Below are positions 20,781 through 30,634 of a stretch of 64,000 nt of DNA, in pieces (position 1 is the stretch's first letter; each line of letters starts with the position of its first letter). Origin of the DNA: an uncultured Pelagibacteraceae bacterium (GTDB lineage Bacteria > Pseudomonadota > Alphaproteobacteria > Pelagibacterales > Pelagibacteraceae). The translations under genes were made by a program, and so were the position numbers. The notes beneath the pieces were generated by a model that saw only the letters and a program-made list of their open reading frames with translations, made no database searches and was not told the origin of the DNA. The stretch is taken from positions 11,857 through 75,856 of the forward strand of contig CACHSH010000001.1 in NCBI GenBank assembly GCA_902582475.1, in the 5' to 3' direction.

Positions 20781-21181
20781 AAATTATTAAATTTAAACAA
20801 AAAAAATCTTATATTTATAAAAGAAAAGTTCTAATAAAGGATCTGGTATTAAACATGCTTGTAGGAATTCATAATTTTGAAAAAAAAAATAAACAAAGAG
20901 TAAAATTTAATTTAATTATAAATATTGATCAAAATCTTATTCCGAATGATAAGGATTTAAAAAGTATTGTAAACTATGAACAGGTTATTAAAACTATTAC
21001 AAAAATTACATCAAAAAAGCATTTTCCACTTCTCGAAACTTTGGCAGAAAAAATATTCTTTAAACTTTTTGAGAACCCTAGAATAAAAAAAATTCTTTTA
21101 AGAGTTGAAAAATTAGATGTCATTAAAAATACTACTTCAGTAGGAATAGAGTTGGAAAAGACTAGATCAAATGAGTATTGA
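20777..21181 (+). CDS. folB: dihydroneopterin aldolase
   Basis: 134 aa. [21 protein letters not shown]...VNYEQV...LLETLAEKI...VEKLD fits the FolB consensus pattern. Confidence 0.7.
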   Translation: MKIIKFKQKKSYIYKRKVLIKDLVLNMLVGIHNFEKKNKQRVKFNLIINIDQNLIPNDKDLKSIVNYEQVIKTITKITSKKHFPLLETLAEKIFFKLFENPRIKKILLRVEKLDVIKNTTSVGIELEKTRSNEY

Positions 21182-23006
21182 AAAAGGTAAAGAAATAATA
21201 CGAAAAAAAATTGTAAATCTCACAAATAATCCTGGGGTTTATAAAATGCTAAGCGATAAAAATGAAATTCTTTATGTTGGTAAAGCCAAAAATATTCCAA
21301 ATCGTTTAAAGAGCTATATTTCAGAAAGTTATCTTCCAATACGAACAGAAAGAATGCTTTCATTAACAAGAAAACTTGAAACAACAACAACAACTAATGA
21401 GAGTGAAGCCTTATTACTAGAGGCAAATCTTATAAAAAAGCATAAGCCAAGATTCAATATTTTATTAAGAGACGACAAGTCCTTCCCTTATATATTTATT
21501 GGCCAAAAGGATAAATGGCCTCAATTAACCAAACTAAGAGGAAAAAAAAATAGAGAAGGATATTATTTCGGGCCTTTTGCGTCTGTAGGTTCAGCAAACT
21601 GGACTATAAAAATTCTTCAAAAGATATTTTTACTAAGGGTTTGTGATGACGCAGTTTTTAAAAATAGGGATAGAGCCTGTATTTTATATCAAATAAGAAG
21701 ATGTTCCGCTCCATGTGTGGGAAAAATTGAAGAAGAAAATTACAAAAAATTGGTTGGTGATGCAGTTGATTTTATTTCTGGTAAAACACAAAGAATTCAA
21801 AAAAATTTATCTACAGAAATGGAAAGGGCTAGCGAAGACTTGGACTATGAAAAAGCTGCTATTATCAGAGATAGAATAAAAGCTCTAACACAAATTCAGT
21901 CCTCTCAAAAAATAAATCAGACAAATTTAAAAGAAGCAGATGTTATATCTGTCTTTAAAGAATCTGGCAAAACTTGTGTCCAAGTTTTTTTCTTTAGATC
22001 AAAACAGAATTGGGGTAATCAAGCTTACTTTCCCAAGCATGATCCAGACGAAAAGGAAGAAAAAATTTTATCATCTTTTTTAGCTCAATTTTATGAGAAT
22101 AAAACTGTACCTAAACTCGTCCTTTTAAACATTGAAATTAATGAAAAAACTTTGCTAGAAAAAACATTTTCTAATAGAGAAAGAAAAGAGATAATAATTA
22201 AGAAAGCTAATACAAAAGATGAAAAAATTGTTTCAGAAATGGCAAAGAAAAATGCGAAACAGGCTTTAACTCAAAAAATTTTAGAAACTGAGAGTAATTC
22301 AAAATTAATAGACAACCTTGCTGACAAATTTAATCTTAATTTTAATGTGAATCTTATCGAGGTATACGATAATAGTCATATACAAGGATCGGACTCTATT
22401 GGAGCATTAATTACCTTTGGCAAAGAAGGGTTTGTGAAAAAAAGATATAGAAAGTTTAATATTAAGTCAGATAAAGTCAAAGGGGATGACTATGGTATGA
22501 TGAAAGAAGTTTTGAGCAGAAGATTTGTTAGGGCACTAAAGGATGAGAATACAAATATGACATTACCTGACCTAGTTTTAATAGACGGCGGTAAGGGCCA
22601 GTACTCGGTTAGCAGAGAAACTTTAAATGATCTTGGCCTACATGAATTACCAATAATTGCAATTGCAAAAGGGAAAAACAGAAATGCAGGTGAAGAAACA
22701 TTTTTTCATGAAAATAAAATTATTAAATTTAAAAAAAACGATCCCACCCTTTTTTTTCTTCAAAGACTTCGGGATGAGGCTCATAGGTTTGCAATAAGTA
22801 CACACAGAGCTAAAAGAAGAAAAAATTTAAGCAAATCATTACTTGATCAAATCTCAGGAATAGGTAGAAGTAGGAAAAGAGCTTTACTTAATCATTTCGG
22901 TTCTGCAAAATCAGTAGAGTCTGCAAGCTTTGAGGATTTGAGGACAGTTGAAGGAATTGAGGAAAAAGTTGCACAAAAAATTCATGATTTTTTCCACGAT
23001 AATTAA
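21171..23006 (+). CDS. uvrC: excinuclease ABC subunit C
   Basis: GIY-YIG ([15 protein letters not shown]), four-Cys region ([20 protein letters not shown]), UVR domain ([13 protein letters not shown]), Endo V-like domain and C-terminal HhH. Confidence 0.97.
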   Translation: MSIEKGKEIIRKKIVNLTNNPGVYKMLSDKNEILYVGKAKNIPNRLKSYISESYLPIRTERMLSLTRKLETTTTTNESEALLLEANLIKKHKPRFNILLRDDKSFPYIFIGQKDKWPQLTKLRGKKNREGYYFGPFASVGSANWTIKILQKIFLLRVCDDAVFKNRDRACILYQIRRCSAPCVGKIEEENYKKLVGDAVDFISGKTQRIQKNLSTEMERASEDLDYEKAAIIRDRIKALTQIQSSQKINQTNLKEADVISVFKESGKTCVQVFFFRSKQNWGNQAYFPKHDPDEKEEKILSSFLAQFYENKTVPKLVLLNIEINEKTLLEKTFSNRERKEIIIKKANTKDEKIVSEMAKKNAKQALTQKILETESNSKLIDNLADKFNLNFNVNLIEVYDNSHIQGSDSIGALITFGKEGFVKKRYRKFNIKSDKVKGDDYGMMKEVLSRRFVRALKDENTNMTLPDLVLIDGGKGQYSVSRETLNDLGLHELPIIAIAKGKNRNAGEETFFHENKIIKFKKNDPTLFFLQRLRDEAHRFAISTHRAKRRKNLSKSLLDQISGIGRSRKRALLNHFGSAKSVESASFEDLRTVEGIEEKVAQKIHDFFHDN

Positions 23007-23008
23007 TT

Positions 23009-23596
23009 ATGAAAATACCAAATATATTAACCATAGGCAGAATAATCATTGTTCCAATTTTTGTTTTTAGTTTTTATATTCCTGGAATAGTCGGCGATTT
23101 GGTACCTTTTTTTCTTTTCGCAATAGCTAGCTTTACAGATTTTTTAGACGGATTAATAGCAAGACTTTACAAAGAAGAGTCTAAATTAGGAGAATTACTT
23201 GACCCTATTGCTGATAAAATTTTAGTAGCAGCAGCCTTAGTTTTGTTAGTAATGAATGGAATAATTAAAAATCTTGAGGTAATTGCAGCAATTGTGATTT
23301 TAACAAGAGAAATATTAGTATCAGGGCTTAGGGAGTTTATGGCAAAAACAAAAGATGTAAGTTTGCCTGTTTCCAGCCTCTCTAAATTTAAAACTTTTAT
23401 ACAAATGCTGTCTATTGCGATTCTTTTGACAGGAGAAACGGGCAATAGACTTATAAATTTCCAGGATTATAATGCACAAACAATAGGAATAATTTTACTC
23501 TGGGTTTCGGCATTTTTAACTCTATATACGGGATATGATTATTTAAGAAAAGGTATAAATACTGCTATAAATGATGATAAAAAAAATAACCTATGA
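23009..23596 (+). CDS. pgsA: CDP-diacylglycerol--glycerol-3-phosphate 3-phosphatidyltransferase
   Basis: CDP-alcohol phosphatidyltransferase motif DFLDGLIAR..........LDPIADK. The uvrC-pgsA adjacency is also seen in E. coli. Confidence 0.93.
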   Translation: MKIPNILTIGRIIIVPIFVFSFYIPGIVGDLVPFFLFAIASFTDFLDGLIARLYKEESKLGELLDPIADKILVAAALVLLVMNGIIKNLEVIAAIVILTREILVSGLREFMAKTKDVSLPVSSLSKFKTFIQMLSIAILLTGETGNRLINFQDYNAQTIGIILLWVSAFLTLYTGYDYLRKGINTAINDDKKNNL

Positions 23597-24333
23597 GTTT
23601 GTCAGAAATAAATTTAAGAGAGAAAGAATTTCATAATAAATTAATATCATCGGGTAATCAAAGATCTGAAAATAAATTTTATAAAGCACTTTATAATTTA
23701 TATGAAGATTTTTACGAAAAATTAAAAAAAAATGTAAAAAATAAAAGTGTCCTTGATTTTGGCTGTGGTAACGGTGGTTATGTTAAAAAAACAATTGTTT
23801 ATAAACCCTCAAAAATTGTGGCAATTGATATATCAGAGAAGGCAATAGAATTAGCAAAAAAAGAAACTCAGGACAAAAATAGGGTTGAATTCAGAGTTGA
23901 AAATTGTGAAAATACTAAATTAAGTTCTAATCAATTCGATACAATTTACGGTGCTGGAATCCTTCATCATCTGAATTTGGAAAAATCAATAAGAGAAATT
24001 GATCGTTTATTAAAAAAAAATGGAAGTTTAATATTTATAGAGCCTATGGGAACAAACCCGCTTATTAATTTATATAGGAGATTAACACCAGGATCGAGAT
24101 CTAAAGATGAACACCCTTTTAAATTTAGTGATTTAAATTATTTTAAAAATATATTTAAAGAAGTTAATATAAAATATTATGGTTTTTTTACACTTTTGTT
24201 TTTACCATTTTATAAATTACCGCAGGATTCAAGATTTTTTATTTTTCTTTCGACTGTTGACAAAATTTTTCTTAAAATTCCATTTTTCAAGTTTTTAGCT
24301 TGGGCAGTAATAATAAGCGCAAAAAAAAATTAA
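23593..24333 (+). CDS. class I SAM-dependent methyltransferase (Methyltransf_11-like) with hydrophobic C-terminal segment
   Basis: VLDFGCGNGG, AIDIS, ILHHL, LKKNGSLIFIEP. ATGA overlap with the pgsA stop. Architecture similar to the 582-1397 methyltransferase. Confidence 0.7.
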   Translation: MSLSEINLREKEFHNKLISSGNQRSENKFYKALYNLYEDFYEKLKKNVKNKSVLDFGCGNGGYVKKTIVYKPSKIVAIDISEKAIELAKKETQDKNRVEFRVENCENTKLSSNQFDTIYGAGILHHLNLEKSIREIDRLLKKNGSLIFIEPMGTNPLINLYRRLTPGSRSKDEHPFKFSDLNYFKNIFKEVNIKYYGFFTLLFLPFYKLPQDSRFFIFLSTVDKIFLKIPFFKFLAWAVIISAKKN

Positions 24334-25217
24334 GCTGCAGCTTTTTTTCTTACAAGATTTTGGTAACTCGCCGAAAGACTTTTTATTAATTCACAAACAT
24401 TAAAATTATACTGATCTATTTGTGATACAGGAGTAATTTCTGCTGCAGTACCAGTTAGAAAACATCCTATAAAATTAGACATTTCGTTTGGTTTTATTTT
24501 TCTCTCAATTACTTTTATCCCTTTGGACTTTGCGATTTCAATAACGCATTTCCTTGTAATTCCATCCAAAAAAGAATCTGGTATTGGAGTATGAAGATCT
24601 CCATTTTTGTCTTTAAAAAAAATATTTGCTCCGGTAGACTCCGCTATATCGCCATTATGATCTAACATTAAAGCATCAGTATACCCTTTGCTTTCTGCAT
24701 CGTGTTTAGATAATGTGCATATCATATATAGACCTGCAGCTTTTGTATCCCATGGAACTGAGTTTGGCGGAGGTCTTCTCCAAGAAGAAGTTTGTAATCT
24801 TATTCCTTTTAATTTTAACTTTGGATCAAAGTATGATCCCCATTCCCATGCAGCAATGGCAACGTTTATTTTATTTTTTTGTGCTGAGATAGCCATCATT
24901 TCACTACCTCTCCAAACAACAGGTCTTACATAGCCATTTTGAATCTTTTGAACACTAATGATTTCTTTTGAGGCATTATTTATATCCTTTTCGCTATAAG
25001 GCATAACTATGCCCATTCTTTTTGCTGAATAAAATAATCTTTTTGTGTGATCTTCGAGTTTAAATATTTCATTCTCATAAACTCTTTCTCCTTCAAAGAC
25101 ACAGCTTGCGTAATGCAATCCATGATTTAAAAGATGAACTGTAGCATTTTTCCATTCTACCAATTCTCCATTAAACCAAATTTTTCCAGATCTTTTATCG
25201 TAAGGAATTGTTTCCAT
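24330..25217 (-). CDS. ilvE: branched-chain amino acid aminotransferase
   Basis: IWFNGELV.W..A.VH...HGLHYAS.VFEG.R.Y, class IV PLP fold motifs. The ATG at 25217 (METIPYD) is preferred over the upstream alternative start at 25292. Confidence 0.93.
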   Translation of the reverse strand: METIPYDKRSGKIWFNGELVEWKNATVHLLNHGLHYASCVFEGERVYENEIFKLEDHTKRLFYSAKRMGIVMPYSEKDINNASKEIISVQKIQNGYVRPVVWRGSEMMAISAQKNKINVAIAAWEWGSYFDPKLKLKGIRLQTSSWRRPPPNSVPWDTKAAGLYMICTLSKHDAESKGYTDALMLDHNGDIAESTGANIFFKDKNGDLHTPIPDSFLDGITRKCVIEIAKSKGIKVIERKIKPNEMSNFIGCFLTGTAAEITPVSQIDQYNFNVCELIKSLSASYQNLVRKKAAA

Positions 25218-25295
25218 TGAGTTTAAATTAAATAATTTTTCTCTAACAAAAAAGTATATTTGTTGATAAAATATGTCAACATATCTGACCAAAAT

Positions 25296-25739
25296 ATGAA
25301 AGATTTACTTTATTTAAAGGATGAGCAGATTAAAGACTGCATACAATTGCTTCTATACGCATACAGAGAAACATTTTCTGATCCGGTACAGATTTTAAAG
25401 AAAAACTCTTTGGGGCCAGCGCACCACAGGGCTATGCATTTAGTCGAGAGAAATGAAGGTATAAATATAAATGAACTATTGTTAAAATTGAAAATTACAA
25501 AGCAAAGCTTAAACAGAGTTCTGAAAGATCTAAAACGTTTAAAGATTGTAAAACAAATTAAAGATGAAAATGACACAAGAAGAAAACTTTTATATTTAGA
25601 CCAAAATGGAAAAAAATTTTACAAAGAAGTTTTCGAAAGTCAAAAAAAACGTATTTTTAATGCGTTAAAAGACTCAGATTCGGAGTCGGTAATTAGATTT
25701 AAAGAAGTGTTAAAAAAAATAATTAATGGAAAAAAATAG
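25296..25739 (+). CDS. MarR-family transcriptional regulator
   Basis: Winged-helix segment INELLLKLKITKQSLNRVLKDLKRLKIVKQIKDENDTRRKLLYL. The ATG at 25296 is preferred; the ORF track uses a TTG at 25260. Confidence 0.75.
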   Translation: MKDLLYLKDEQIKDCIQLLLYAYRETFSDPVQILKKNSLGPAHHRAMHLVERNEGININELLLKLKITKQSLNRVLKDLKRLKIVKQIKDENDTRRKLLYLDQNGKKFYKEVFESQKKRIFNALKDSDSESVIRFKEVLKKIINGKK

Positions 25740-26403
25740 ATTTCATATTTTAGTTGTAGATGATGATGATAGGATAAGATCATTAATAAAAGAGTTCTTG
25801 TCTGAAAAGGGGTTCCTGGTATCTTCTGCAGAGAATGCTGAAAAAGCGAAGGCAAAAATAGAAATCTTTAATTTTAACGTAATTATACTAGATGTGATGA
25901 TGCCAGGGCAAAGTGGTTACGAACTTACGAAAGAGTTAAAAGAAACAAAAAATATACCAATCATATTACTGACAGCAAAAGGCGAAGTAGAAAATCGAAT
26001 ACATGGGTTAGAAATTGGTGCAGATGATTATCTTGGAAAACCGTTCGAACCAAAAGAGCTTTTGCTCAGAGTAAAAAATGTAATAAAAATGAATATTAAT
26101 CCTAATAAACTTTTGACAAGTAAAATAGGTGAAGCAGATCTAAACTTAAATAAAATGGTAATAACATTAAGGGAGAAACCTCAAAAAATTAATTTATCAG
26201 AAAAAAAGGTTTTAATAAAAATGCTATCATCTCCCGGAAGAATATTTTCTCGTTCTGAGATTGGAAAAATTGCTAATATTACTAAAGAAAGATCCATTGA
26301 CGTAATGATTACAAGGTTGAGAAAAAAGATAGAAATAAATCCTAAAAATCCAAAATTTTTACAAACAATAAGAGGTTCGGGCTATGTTTTATGGGTTAAA
26401 TAA
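25726..26403 (+). CDS. OmpR-family two-component response regulator
   Basis: Receiver (ILVVDDD..ILDVMMPG..LTAKG) plus winged-helix trans_reg_C (RLRKKIE....P.FLQTIRGSGY). Confidence 0.93.
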   Translation: MEKNRFHILVVDDDDRIRSLIKEFLSEKGFLVSSAENAEKAKAKIEIFNFNVIILDVMMPGQSGYELTKELKETKNIPIILLTAKGEVENRIHGLEIGADDYLGKPFEPKELLLRVKNVIKMNINPNKLLTSKIGEADLNLNKMVITLREKPQKINLSEKKVLIKMLSSPGRIFSRSEIGKIANITKERSIDVMITRLRKKIEINPKNPKFLQTIRGSGYVLWVK

Positions 26404-27706
26404 TTTTATAAAAAAAGTATTACCAAAAAGGCTTTTTTATCGAGCTTTAATTATAGTTGCAGCACCAGTAATTATTCTTCAACTAACTATCAGTATTGTA
26501 TTCTTCGACAGTATATGGATTAAAGCTAATAAAGGTATGACTAGATCTTTAGTAAGTGAAATACAAACTCTTGTTGACGTGTATAGTTCTAACCAAAGCA
26601 AAGACGATATTAAAAAATTAACAGATCTTTATAAAAAGAATTTTGATTTTGTTATTAATATTAAAACTGGTGAAATATTACCTGAAACAAGATCAGATAG
26701 AAGATTTAGTCCAATGGACAGATCTTTAAGGAGAGAAATGAAAAGTGGTTTCAGTAATAACTATTGGTTTGATACCGTTACATATATCGATTTAGTTGAT
26801 TTAAGAATTCAAACACAGAATGAAGTTATTCAAATTTTTTTTCCTAAAGAAAAAATAGCTCCGTCATCTGTCAGGGTTTTCGTTTTATGGTTAACTGTTC
26901 CATCATTGGTTTTGATCTTAATAGCAATAGTTTTTTTAAAAAACCAAACAAGACCACTTGTAAAACTATCAAAAGCTGCTGAAAGATTTGGAAAAGGTGA
27001 GGTTGTCGATGATTTAAGACCATCTGGAGCATTAGAAATTAGAAAAGCAACTTATGAGTTTGACAGAATGATGAAAAGAATAAATCGACATCTTTCTCAA
27101 AGATCTGAGATGCTGTCAGGTATAAGTCATGATTTGAGAACTCCACTTACAAGATTAAAACTACAATTAGCTATGATGGAAAAAAAAGAACTTGCCGAAA
27201 AAATGACAAATGATATCGACGAAATGGAAAAAATGCTAAATGATTATTTGCAATATTCAAAATCACAAGTAGAAGAAAATTCATCAAAAATTGATATTAA
27301 TTTTATGCTTGAAGAAATTCTAAGAAATTACGACAAGAATAGATATGAACTTACTTCTAAGGATACAATTATAATTGAGGGAAGAAAAAACTTAATAAAG
27401 AGATGTATTCTCAACCTAATAAGTAATGGGCTTTCCTATGGAGATCAAATTACAATAGAAATAAAAAAATCAATGAATTGGGCTATAATTATTATTGAGG
27501 ATAATGGGCCAGGTATTCCAAAAAATGAATACTCAAATGTTTTTAAACCTTTTTATAGAATAGATAAAAGTAGAGGACTAAATAAATCTGGGGTTGGTTT
27601 GGGTCTATCTATTGCTCGAGATATAATTAAATCTCATGGTGGAAATATATCATTATCTGAAAGTAGATTTAAAGGATTACAAGTAAAAGTTTCATTACCT
27701 CTTTAA
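26384..27706 (+). CDS. EnvZ-like sensor histidine kinase
   Basis: Two TM segments, HAMP-like linker, H-box ISHDLRTPLTRL, N/G boxes (LISNGLSYG, DNGPGIP, GVGLGLSI). 20-nt overlap with the regulator gene. Confidence 0.92.
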   Translation: MFYGLNNFIKKVLPKRLFYRALIIVAAPVIILQLTISIVFFDSIWIKANKGMTRSLVSEIQTLVDVYSSNQSKDDIKKLTDLYKKNFDFVINIKTGEILPETRSDRRFSPMDRSLRREMKSGFSNNYWFDTVTYIDLVDLRIQTQNEVIQIFFPKEKIAPSSVRVFVLWLTVPSLVLILIAIVFLKNQTRPLVKLSKAAERFGKGEVVDDLRPSGALEIRKATYEFDRMMKRINRHLSQRSEMLSGISHDLRTPLTRLKLQLAMMEKKELAEKMTNDIDEMEKMLNDYLQYSKSQVEENSSKIDINFMLEEILRNYDKNRYELTSKDTIIIEGRKNLIKRCILNLISNGLSYGDQITIEIKKSMNWAIIIIEDNGPGIPKNEYSNVFKPFYRIDKSRGLNKSGVGLGLSIARDIIKSHGGNISLSESRFKGLQVKVSLPL

Positions 27707-27925
27707 CTTCTTTTTTTTTAAATTATTTATTTCTTTTTGCTGTTTCTCAATAATTTTCTTCAACACTACAAATTCTTCTCTAGTAACAAGTTCTAATTTA
27801 CTTGCAATTTTATCTTTATTGAATTTCATTGAGGTCAAAAGTCCTTTCGCTAAATCTTGAGATGATAGTACCCCTGTTTCAATTAACCTTGATATCATTT
27901 TTAAAAATTTTTCAGAATTATTCAT
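27695..27925 (-). CDS. ubiK: UbiK/YqiC (BMFP) family accessory factor
   Basis: 76 aa. KLELVTREEFVVLKKIIEKQQKEI parallels E. coli UbiK LDLVSREEFDV... Confidence 0.65.
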   Translation of the reverse strand: MNNSEKFLKMISRLIETGVLSSQDLAKGLLTSMKFNKDKIASKLELVTREEFVVLKKIIEKQQKEINNLKKKKLKR

Positions 27926-27981
27926 ATTTTTACTTTAAATTATAAGTAATTTAATTTCAATTGTGATAAATTAAATCAATA

Positions 27982-28776
27982 ATGATAGTTCATAACCTCG
28001 ATCCAGTTTTAATTGATTTTGGAATTATTCAAATACGATGGTACTCACTTGCTTATATTTTTGGAATTTTAATCGGATGGTGGTACGGAAAAATAATCCT
28101 TGAAAAAAAAATTAATCAAAATAATGAAATAATTTACTTATCAAAATTTGATGATCTCATAGGTTATATAATTATCGGTACAATAGTTGGTGGTCGTCTT
28201 GGTTATGTATTTTTTTATGATCCCTTTTTTTATTTTGATAATTTTTTAGAAATTATAAAAATATGGAATGGTGGTATGTCTTTTCATGGAGGTTTGGCGG
28301 GGGTAGCTATAAGTGCTTATATTTTTTCAAAAAAAAACAACCTAAATTATAAAGTTTATTTTGATACTATTTCTGCTGTAGCACCTATAGGAATTTTTCT
28401 AGGAAGAATTTCTAATTTTATTAATGGAGAACTTTATGGAGTCCCCACTCAGAAGCCATGGGGTATTATTTTTCCAAATGTCGATAATGTCCCAAGACAT
28501 CCTTCGCAAATTTATGAGGCTCTTTTGGAGGGAATTTTACTTTTTATAGTTTTAAATATTCTTATTTTTTTTAATAGGAGTAAAATTGGTTTTGTATCTG
28601 CAATATTTTTAATTTTATATGGTTTTTTTAGAATAGTTTGTGAGCAGTTTAGAGAACCTGATATCCACCTTGGTTATATTTTTAATTATTTTTCTGTTGG
28701 AACAATTCTCAGTATTTTAATGACAATATTTGGTTTCATTTTTTTATTTAAAGTCGTTTATGCCAAAAAAGCTTGA
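27982..28776 (+). CDS. lgt: prolipoprotein diacylglyceryl transferase
   Basis: IRWYSLAYI.GIL.GWWY, GGMSFHGGL, GRI.NFINGEL.G.PT..PWG..FP......RHPSQIYEA.LEG. Confidence 0.96.
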   Translation: MIVHNLDPVLIDFGIIQIRWYSLAYIFGILIGWWYGKIILEKKINQNNEIIYLSKFDDLIGYIIIGTIVGGRLGYVFFYDPFFYFDNFLEIIKIWNGGMSFHGGLAGVAISAYIFSKKNNLNYKVYFDTISAVAPIGIFLGRISNFINGELYGVPTQKPWGIIFPNVDNVPRHPSQIYEALLEGILLFIVLNILIFFNRSKIGFVSAIFLILYGFFRIVCEQFREPDIHLGYIFNYFSVGTILSILMTIFGFIFLFKVVYAKKA

Positions 28777-29824
28777 TAAAATTTTTAATAATTCAAAAAT
28801 AATATCCATAGATTTATATCTTAAAAAAGTTCTTTACGACAAAAATTATGGTTACTATCAAAGTAAAAATCCTTTTGGAGCCAAAGGTGATTTTGTAACA
28901 GCTCCAAATATATCAAATCTTTTTGGTGAGATGATTGCAATATGGTTTGTTAGCTTTTGGGAAAGCTTAAATAAACCAAAAACTATTAACTTTGTTGAGC
29001 TTGGACCCGGAAATGGAGATTTATGTTTAATTTTACTTAAGACTTTAAAAAGTTTTCCAAGTGTATTTGATGCTGTTAATATTTTCCTTTATGAAAAAAG
29101 TAAAAAACTTGAAAAAATTCAGAAAAAAAGAATTGTTTCTGATAAAGTTAATTGGGTAAAAAATTTAAATAAGATTCAAAAAGGCCCAATTGTTTTTTTT
29201 GGAAATGAATTTTTAGATGCACTTCCAATTAAACAATTTAAAAAGATTAATAATGATATTTGCGAGAGATATGTAAGTTTAAAAAAAAATAAAGTTGAAT
29301 TTATTTATAAAAAAGCATTAAAGAAGAATATTAATAAACTTAAAAAATATAATCTTTTAAAAACCCTTGGTATCATTGAATATCCAGAAAATGGTTTTAA
29401 AGAGCTTAAAATTGTTTGTAATAAAATAAAAAAAATGAATGGTGGGGCTCTATTTATAGATTATGGATACGAAAAAGAAAAAAAAGTAAGTACCCTACAA
29501 TCTGTAAAGAAACATAAATTTTATGATATAAGAAAAAATACAGGTAATGCTGATATAACGTCGTTGATCAATTTTAATTTATATAAAAAGTATTTTTATT
29601 CCGAAGGTCTGGAAGTAGAAAATGTTATAAATCAAAGTGAATTTCTTCAAAAAATGGGTATTTTAGAAAGAGTTAAGCTAATTAGTGATAAAATGGAGAG
29701 AAAGAGAAAAATAGATTTATATTCAAGAGTCCAAAGATTAATTAATCCTAAAATGATGGGAAAAAATTTCAAAGTCATTTTTGCAAAAAATAAAAAATCA
29801 AAATTCTCTTTACCATTTAAATAA
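28760..29824 (+). CDS. MidA/NDUFAF7-family SAM-dependent methyltransferase (DUF185)
   Basis: YY......FG..GDFVTAPNIS.LFGEMIA.W, ELGPGNGDL. The ATG at 28760 is preferred over the track start at 28730. Confidence 0.8.
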   Translation: MPKKLDKIFNNSKIISIDLYLKKVLYDKNYGYYQSKNPFGAKGDFVTAPNISNLFGEMIAIWFVSFWESLNKPKTINFVELGPGNGDLCLILLKTLKSFPSVFDAVNIFLYEKSKKLEKIQKKRIVSDKVNWVKNLNKIQKGPIVFFGNEFLDALPIKQFKKINNDICERYVSLKKNKVEFIYKKALKKNINKLKKYNLLKTLGIIEYPENGFKELKIVCNKIKKMNGGALFIDYGYEKEKKVSTLQSVKKHKFYDIRKNTGNADITSLINFNLYKKYFYSEGLEVENVINQSEFLQKMGILERVKLISDKMERKRKIDLYSRVQRLINPKMMGKNFKVIFAKNKKSKFSLPFK

Positions 29825-30594
29825 TGTTTTATTCAGAAAATTTAAAAAAAAGTAAAAAAGTTCAACATTGTTTTTTTTCAAGAAAAAATGGGAAGTCAGA
29901 AGGTATTTATGAAAGTCTTAATTGTGGTCTTGGCAGTAATGATAAAATCGAAAATGTAGAAAGTAATTTAGAAATAGTTGCGAAAAATTTTAATATCAAC
30001 AAAAAGCAGTTGGTACTCATGAATCAGAGTCATAGCAATATAGTTCAAATTGTAGAAAAAAAAAATATTTTAGAAAAAGTTAATGCTGACGCTATATTAA
30101 CTGAAAGTAAAAACTTAGCTTTGGGTGTATTAACAGCGGATTGTGCTCCAATATTAATTTATGAGAGCAATAAAAATATAATAGGCTGCATTCATGCTGG
30201 GTGGAAAGGTGCGCTTGGAGGGATTATTGAAAACACGTTTAAAAAACTTAATGAGATGGGCGGTGATACCAGAAAAGTAATTGCATGTATTGGCCCTTGT
30301 ATAGCCCAAAAAAATTATGAGGTAAAAGAAGATTTTTATGAAATATTTATTAAAAACTCTTTAAGTAATGAGCTATTTTTCATAAAAAATAAAAGTGGAA
30401 CATATAATTTTAATTTAAGAGCATTTATTATTAAGAAATTAAATAATTACGGAGTTTTATCAATAGAAAATATAGATATTGATAGTTTTGAAAAAAAGAA
30501 TCAGTACTTTAGCCATAGAAGGGCCAAAAAGTTAGGGGAAAATGACTACGGAAGATGCATATCGGTTATAAAAAAAACTAGTTTACAAAATTAA
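29824..30594 (+). CDS. pgeF: peptidoglycan editing factor PgeF (YfiH/DUF152 laccase-domain protein)
   Basis: VLMNQSHSN.V, LTADCAPIL, IHAGWKG, YFSHRR. Confidence 0.85.
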   Translation: MFYSENLKKSKKVQHCFFSRKNGKSEGIYESLNCGLGSNDKIENVESNLEIVAKNFNINKKQLVLMNQSHSNIVQIVEKKNILEKVNADAILTESKNLALGVLTADCAPILIYESNKNIIGCIHAGWKGALGGIIENTFKKLNEMGGDTRKVIACIGPCIAQKNYEVKEDFYEIFIKNSLSNELFFIKNKSGTYNFNLRAFIIKKLNNYGVLSIENIDIDSFEKKNQYFSHRRAKKLGENDYGRCISVIKKTSLQN

Positions 30595-30623
30595 TTGAAA
30601 CAACCTGGTAATAGATGTATAAA
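30595..30623 (+). promoter_or_regulatory. candidate sigma-70 promoter for prs
   Basis: TTGAAA (30595-30600), 17-nt spacer, TATAAA (30618-30623). The ATG lies only 11 nt after the -10 element. Confidence 0.4.
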
Positions 30624-30634
30624 TAAATTTCCTA

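Noticed and set aside
23167-25855. Overlapping ORFs at 23167-23445, 24688-24933, 25310-25576 and 25640-25855
   Set aside because: All are embedded in pgsA, ilvE, MarR or the response-regulator gene on the opposite strand or in another frame. No independent support.
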